This document shows, one piece after another, positions 56,277 through 59,907 of a stretch of 59,907 nucleotides of DNA. Source of the DNA: a virus (taxonomy: Duplodnaviria > Caudoviricetes); the IMG/VR virus record IMGVR_UViG_3300030103_004214, positions 1 through 59,907 of that record; one strand, given 5' to 3'. The notes under the pieces were generated by a model. The model saw nothing but the letters and a program-made list of their open reading frames with translations. It had not been told where the DNA came from and ran no database searches. Position 1 is the first letter of the stretch. Each line of letters opens with the position of its first letter. The position numbers were made by a program, and so were the translations under genes.

Positions 56277-58223
56277 TTATTTCCTCTCTAAGTCTCCATT
56301 TGAGTAACTTGAGGTGTAGTAGTCTCGTGTAAATACAACTCCTGAAACATCTTCACCTGATGCGATTACGTCTTTCAATGTATTTATTGAACTACTTGAA
56401 ACATCAAAATTTAGGTATAAATCCTTTAACCCTACAACATCATTCGATTCTGGGAATGCCTGAACTTGAATTATGTTATTTTGATTCACCGTAGAAGTTA
56501 TATTGATAGTATTTAATAGTATTTCACCTTTTTTATAATCAACCCCACCTGCTTCTTTAATTAAAACAGTTTGTTCATTCTTATCATTCTTTGTAACAAC
56601 ACTGATAGTTCCTTTATTACTACCATCTAATCCACCTGAAGAATTTTTATTTGGTATATCTGTAAGATATGCAATCTTATTTGATCCAGAAACTGTAAAT
56701 CCTGTACTCTTAATATTATATCCAGCAGGATTTATATTGAAACGATTACCATAACATAACTCATATTGTGCAAATTGATTCAATAATGCCTTCAGGTCTC
56801 TACGAACAATGACTTTTGTAATATTAGAAGTGATTCCATTATCAACACGGTCTATGAGTTGATTTATTTTACTATACTTAAACCTGCCACCAAACTTATT
56901 AATCTCTACATTGTTTGCATATTGACTTAATGCAGATATAACATCTGTTCTTAAACCAGTAGCAGAAGCGATTTGAGCAGGATTATAGTAAATATTAGTA
57001 TTAATTTCTACATATAGTATTTTTAAGTCAACAATTTCTGAATTAATACCAGCAATAGCGTAACTCTTCAACTTATTCTTTATCTGAGTTTTATCAAAAT
57101 CAGATACAAATGTTCCATTTTTTGGTTTAATACTTATCTGAACTTTACCAAATTGTGGTGGGTTAAGTTCTTCTCCTCCAACTACTGATACAGACTCAGT
57201 TTGAGGGAAGATTGTTTCGATTATTGCTTCATAATCTCTTGGTGTAACTGCTCTATATTGTGCTGAGTAGAGACGAGGAGCGAAATACTTAATAGACGAC
57301 ACATCTTCACTTTCTGCACCATTAGAAGCGTTTCTGACGGTAGTAACATCAATACTCTCAGATGGTGTAAACAATGCTCCAGCATCAGTTATGAATGAAC
57401 CTTGGAAACTAAAGTTACTTGGACCATTACCTGACTCTCCATCAGTTACAATGTAAGTTGCAGTGATGACTGAACCATTTTCTAATTTCTTACCAAATAA
57501 TCCATCACCAAACAATATTTCATAACTTTCGTCCTGAACCTCTTGAGTCAGATAGATTTCAGAGTTCTTATTTAATTTTAATATATTATCTACTTGTGAA
57601 TATTTACGTCCTAGTCCTACATCTCCTGTTCCCTTTACATAAACTCTTAAAGTTGATGTATCAATGTTAGGATTATTAATTATAAACCTCTGATCAACAG
57701 AAGTATCTACTGCAAAAGTCCTTGAGAGGTATGTGCCCTCATAAACAAGAATTTCAGAATCAAATTGAGCAAAAGAAGTGCCATTAACATCCTTAACTCT
57801 GGAAGAAGTAATATCATCAGGTATAGAAAAGGTAAAAGTTGTATTTTGGACTGCACCAACAGAGACAAGTCCTGAACGTAGTGTCAAGAACTTAGGAGTC
57901 GAGTCATTCGTTGTTCCGAGATTTACATCACTTATCTTAATTGAAGCGACTGCAGCGGTTTTAGAGCGTGGAACATAACCTATATTTCTTGCTAATGAAA
58001 CAACGTTCTCACGAATTGTCGCAGAGTCTAAAAATGACTCATTAGCAACTAAATTCGAGTTGAATGCATTAATATAGGTATTATATGCTAAAGTATCAAT
58101 TAGAACAGAGAAGTTGGCACCCTCAAAGTCAAAATCAGTAAAATTGGAATTTGCACGAAGGAAATCTTTAATCTGAGCTTTGATTTGATCAAAGTCTAAT
58201 GTGTTAAACTGTGTAAACGGCAT
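56277..58223 (-). CDS. gp6: Baseplate wedge subunit gp6
   Basis: LDFDQIK, FTDFDFEG.N, LAYNT, ESFLDSA..RENVVSLAR.IGYVPRS, Q.RAVT..DY. Confidence 0.96.
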   Translation of the reverse strand: MPFTQFNTLDFDQIKAQIKDFLRANSNFTDFDFEGANFSVLIDTLAYNTYINAFNSNLVANESFLDSATIRENVVSLARNIGYVPRSKTAAVASIKISDVNLGTTNDSTPKFLTLRSGLVSVGAVQNTTFTFSIPDDITSSRVKDVNGTSFAQFDSEILVYEGTYLSRTFAVDTSVDQRFIINNPNIDTSTLRVYVKGTGDVGLGRKYSQVDNILKLNKNSEIYLTQEVQDESYEILFGDGLFGKKLENGSVITATYIVTDGESGNGPSNFSFQGSFITDAGALFTPSESIDVTTVRNASNGAESEDVSSIKYFAPRLYSAQYRAVTPRDYEAIIETIFPQTESVSVVGGEELNPPQFGKVQISIKPKNGTFVSDFDKTQIKNKLKSYAIAGINSEIVDLKILYVEINTNIYYNPAQIASATGLRTDVISALSQYANNVEINKFGGRFKYSKINQLIDRVDNGITSNITKVIVRRDLKALLNQFAQYELCYGNRFNINPAGYNIKSTGFTVSGSNKIAYLTDIPNKNSSGGLDGSNKGTISVVTKNDKNEQTVLIKEAGGVDYKKGEILLNTINITSTVNQNNIIQVQAFPESNDVVGLKDLYLNFDVSSSSINTLKDVIASGEDVSGVVFTRDYYTSSYSNGDLERK

Positions 58224-58224
58224 A

Positions 58225-58626
58225 TTATCTCGTTGGTTCTAATATGAATGTGAATGATTGAATCGGAACATCAAGTCCTCTTATCTCAAACAATACTTTG
58301 ACCTCAAATGTATTGGTATCGGGTGTTGCATTTACCTCAACACCAATATCAGCGACTCTTGGTTCAAAGTTTTTAATCGTATTTCGTATTTGGTCTTCAA
58401 TAATCATCGTTGTTGAGGCAGTAAAGTTGTTAAACAAACTGTCACGAATATCTGTACCTAACAAAGGGTTAAAAAACCTTTCTGTTGGGATAGTTTCAAC
58501 TAAATTACGAACTGATCTGACAATTGCTCGCTCATTTGATAGCACAGGAAGGTCTTTTGTCACTGGATGCGGTGAAAAAGAGAAACTTATATCCTTAAAT
58601 GCCCTTGATTTGCGTTGAATCGCCAT
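58225..58626 (-). CDS. gp25: Baseplate wedge subunit gp25
   Basis: FKDI, HPVTKD, AI.RSVRNLV.T...ERFF, FEPRV. Confidence 0.95.
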   Translation of the reverse strand: MAIQRKSRAFKDISFSFSPHPVTKDLPVLSNERAIVRSVRNLVETIPTERFFNPLLGTDIRDSLFNNFTASTTMIIEDQIRNTIKNFEPRVADIGVEVNATPDTNTFEVKVLFEIRGLDVPIQSFTFILEPTR

Positions 58627-58644
58627 TATTGATACTTTTAGATT

Positions 58645-58652
58645 TATTTATA
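58645..58652 (-). promoter_or_regulatory. T4 late promoter TATAAATA
   Basis: Perfect consensus upstream of gp25. Confidence 0.8.
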
Positions 58653-58654
58653 CC

Positions 58655-59011
58655 CTATCTTGCATAATCATTCATCACATAATCATCACTATCGAAGTAT
58701 TCAAGCAACCACCACGCTACTTGGCGAGGATTTTTGTTACCACAAGTGAAAATATCGACTGCTACACACTGTTTTTCTGGCCAAGTATGGCAACATAAGT
58801 GACTTTCGGCAAGAGTCACGTTACAAGTCACTCCATAAGGGTCAAATTGATGAGTATATACGTTCAACACCTCTAAATTTTCAGTTTTACAAGCACCAAC
58901 ACACTTTTCTTCGATTTTTTTGATATCATTTAACTTATCAAAGGGTACATTATACACTTCAATGAGTAAGTGAGTGCCCATATGAGCATTTTTAACGTGT
59001 TTTTTTGTCAT
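58655..59011 (-). CDS. speD: Pyruvoyl-dependent S-adenosylmethionine decarboxylase family proenzyme
   Basis: GTHLL, HQFDPYGVT, LAESH (self-cleavage site), HTWPE, DIFTCG. GGAG precedes ATG 59011. Confidence 0.92.
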   Translation of the reverse strand: MTKKHVKNAHMGTHLLIEVYNVPFDKLNDIKKIEEKCVGACKTENLEVLNVYTHQFDPYGVTCNVTLAESHLCCHTWPEKQCVAVDIFTCGNKNPRQVAWWLLEYFDSDDYVMNDYAR

Positions 59012-59459
59012 CAAGGACTCCGTAATCATCTTCTAAGACCTCTTCAAGGTAATTTTGTTCCCAATGGTCGTAATAATTGGTTTTTGCCAACTTTTTTCGT
59101 GCTTCAGTCAATTCTTGTCTGGGTTGGCATAGCACTAAATTATATTTTCCGTTACTTGTTTGGATTCCTTGTATGTATGTCTTGGTTTTTCCGTGATCTG
59201 CGATGAATTTATAGTCTGGATAGTTCCGATTATAGTCATCAACAGCATCATAGAGAAATTGAGCATCCATATCGTCCTCTACAACATGAATTATAACATC
59301 GAAATCAGGATTTGGCACGATTTGACATAATTTAGTCTCCTCAATACGAAAATTAGCACCTGACGCATAAGGACAGATGCTAAAATTACCAAGTTCTGGT
59401 CTAATTTTAGATAATTGACGTATCCAATGTAGAATATAACTATTTTTTGTCTCGTTCAT
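58992..59459 (-). CDS. Hypothetical protein (CPYA motif)
   Basis: Likely start MNETK at 59459; ELGNFSICPYA, L..AR..L.K..YYD.W. Confidence 0.75.
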   Translation of the reverse strand: MNETKNSYILHWIRQLSKIRPELGNFSICPYASGANFRIEETKLCQIVPNPDFDVIIHVVEDDMDAQFLYDAVDDYNRNYPDYKFIADHGKTKTYIQGIQTSNGKYNLVLCQPRQELTEARKKLAKTNYYDHWEQNYLEEVLEDDYGVLDDKKTR

Positions 59460-59907
59460 CGGGTGTTGTCCAGAAATAGTCATCACAATCTCCCAATCTT
59501 CCCCACTTGACATCATTTTCAACCTCAAAGATGCGTGTTGATACCTTAAAGTCAGGTATTTTCACTTCTTCAGGTGTCATTGAGGTGTCATAGATGCGAC
59601 AACGGTTGTTTGGATACAATGCAAACTGCCCATTTCGTAATTCAACAAGGTTAAATGACTTATGTTCATCAGGCATCTCACTTGTGGAGGCATCAATCTG
59701 GTCAAAATCACCGTGATAGTTATCTAAAGTGCAAATATACTGCCCTTTTTGGTTTCCGAAGTGTCTTGTTCGCAGTTCCCACTCCATTGGAGCAACAAAT
59801 TGCTTGACAACGACTGTAAAATCATAATCCATACAGTTCCAGAACTGTAAATTGACCAAATCCATATCAGGGTCTGGTGTATCAGGTCTTGATAAAAAGG
59901 CAGAGAT
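59440..59907 (-). CDS. Conserved hypothetical protein, 5' part outside the window
   Basis: Frame open to the window edge (ISAFLSRPDTPDPDMDL...); LQFWNC, EHKS, NGQFALYPNNR. Confidence 0.8.
   Translation of the reverse strand: MSAFLSRPDTPDPDMDLVNLQFWNCMDYDFTVVVKQFVAPMEWELRTRHFGNQKGQYICTLDNYHGDFDQIDASTSEMPDEHKSFNLVELRNGQFALYPNNRCRIYDTSMTPEEVKIPDFKVSTRIFEVENDVKWGRLGDCDDYFWTTPDERDKK

Noticed and set aside
1-59907. CRISPR array, integrase/att site, transposase, diversity-generating retroelement
   Set aside because: No spaced direct repeats, recombinase or reverse transcriptase motifs found by eye; diverged repeats within the giant genes could have been missed.

Overview
AT-rich fragment of a T4-like cyanomyovirus genome, most likely a Prochlorococcus-infecting, P-SSM2-like phage (host inferred from pebS, a psbN-like gene, a cyanobacterial-type ferredoxin and the low GC). 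Almost all genes are on the minus strand. From right to left: speD; baseplate and tail genes (gp25, gp6, a 4277-aa gp7, gp8, a 2467-aa virion protein, a fibre-like protein); neck and packaging genes (gp13-gp17); tail and head genes (gp18-gp23, gp3); uvsY, uvsW, gp55, gp47 and gp46; a CobT-like vWA/CobS-like AAA+ pair; psbN-like; and a truncated pebS. Most notable: (1) the only plus-strand unit is an anticodon-domain-less class II aminoacyl-tRNA-synthetase-like gene, followed 9 nt later by an atypical tRNA with a GUU/Asn anticodon, U37 and a Leu/Ser-type long variable arm; (2) a 989-aa modular protein between gp16 and gp17 looks like a prohead-protease-cleaved polyprotein; (3) five otherwise unrelated genes start with an MKTFxxFxE/Q leader like the T4 capsid-targeting sequence; (4) two divergent sigma70 promoters share one -35 box upstream of gp55, with a late-promoter box in the spacer. 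Protein calls come from motif recognition and T4-like synteny only; no database searches were run.
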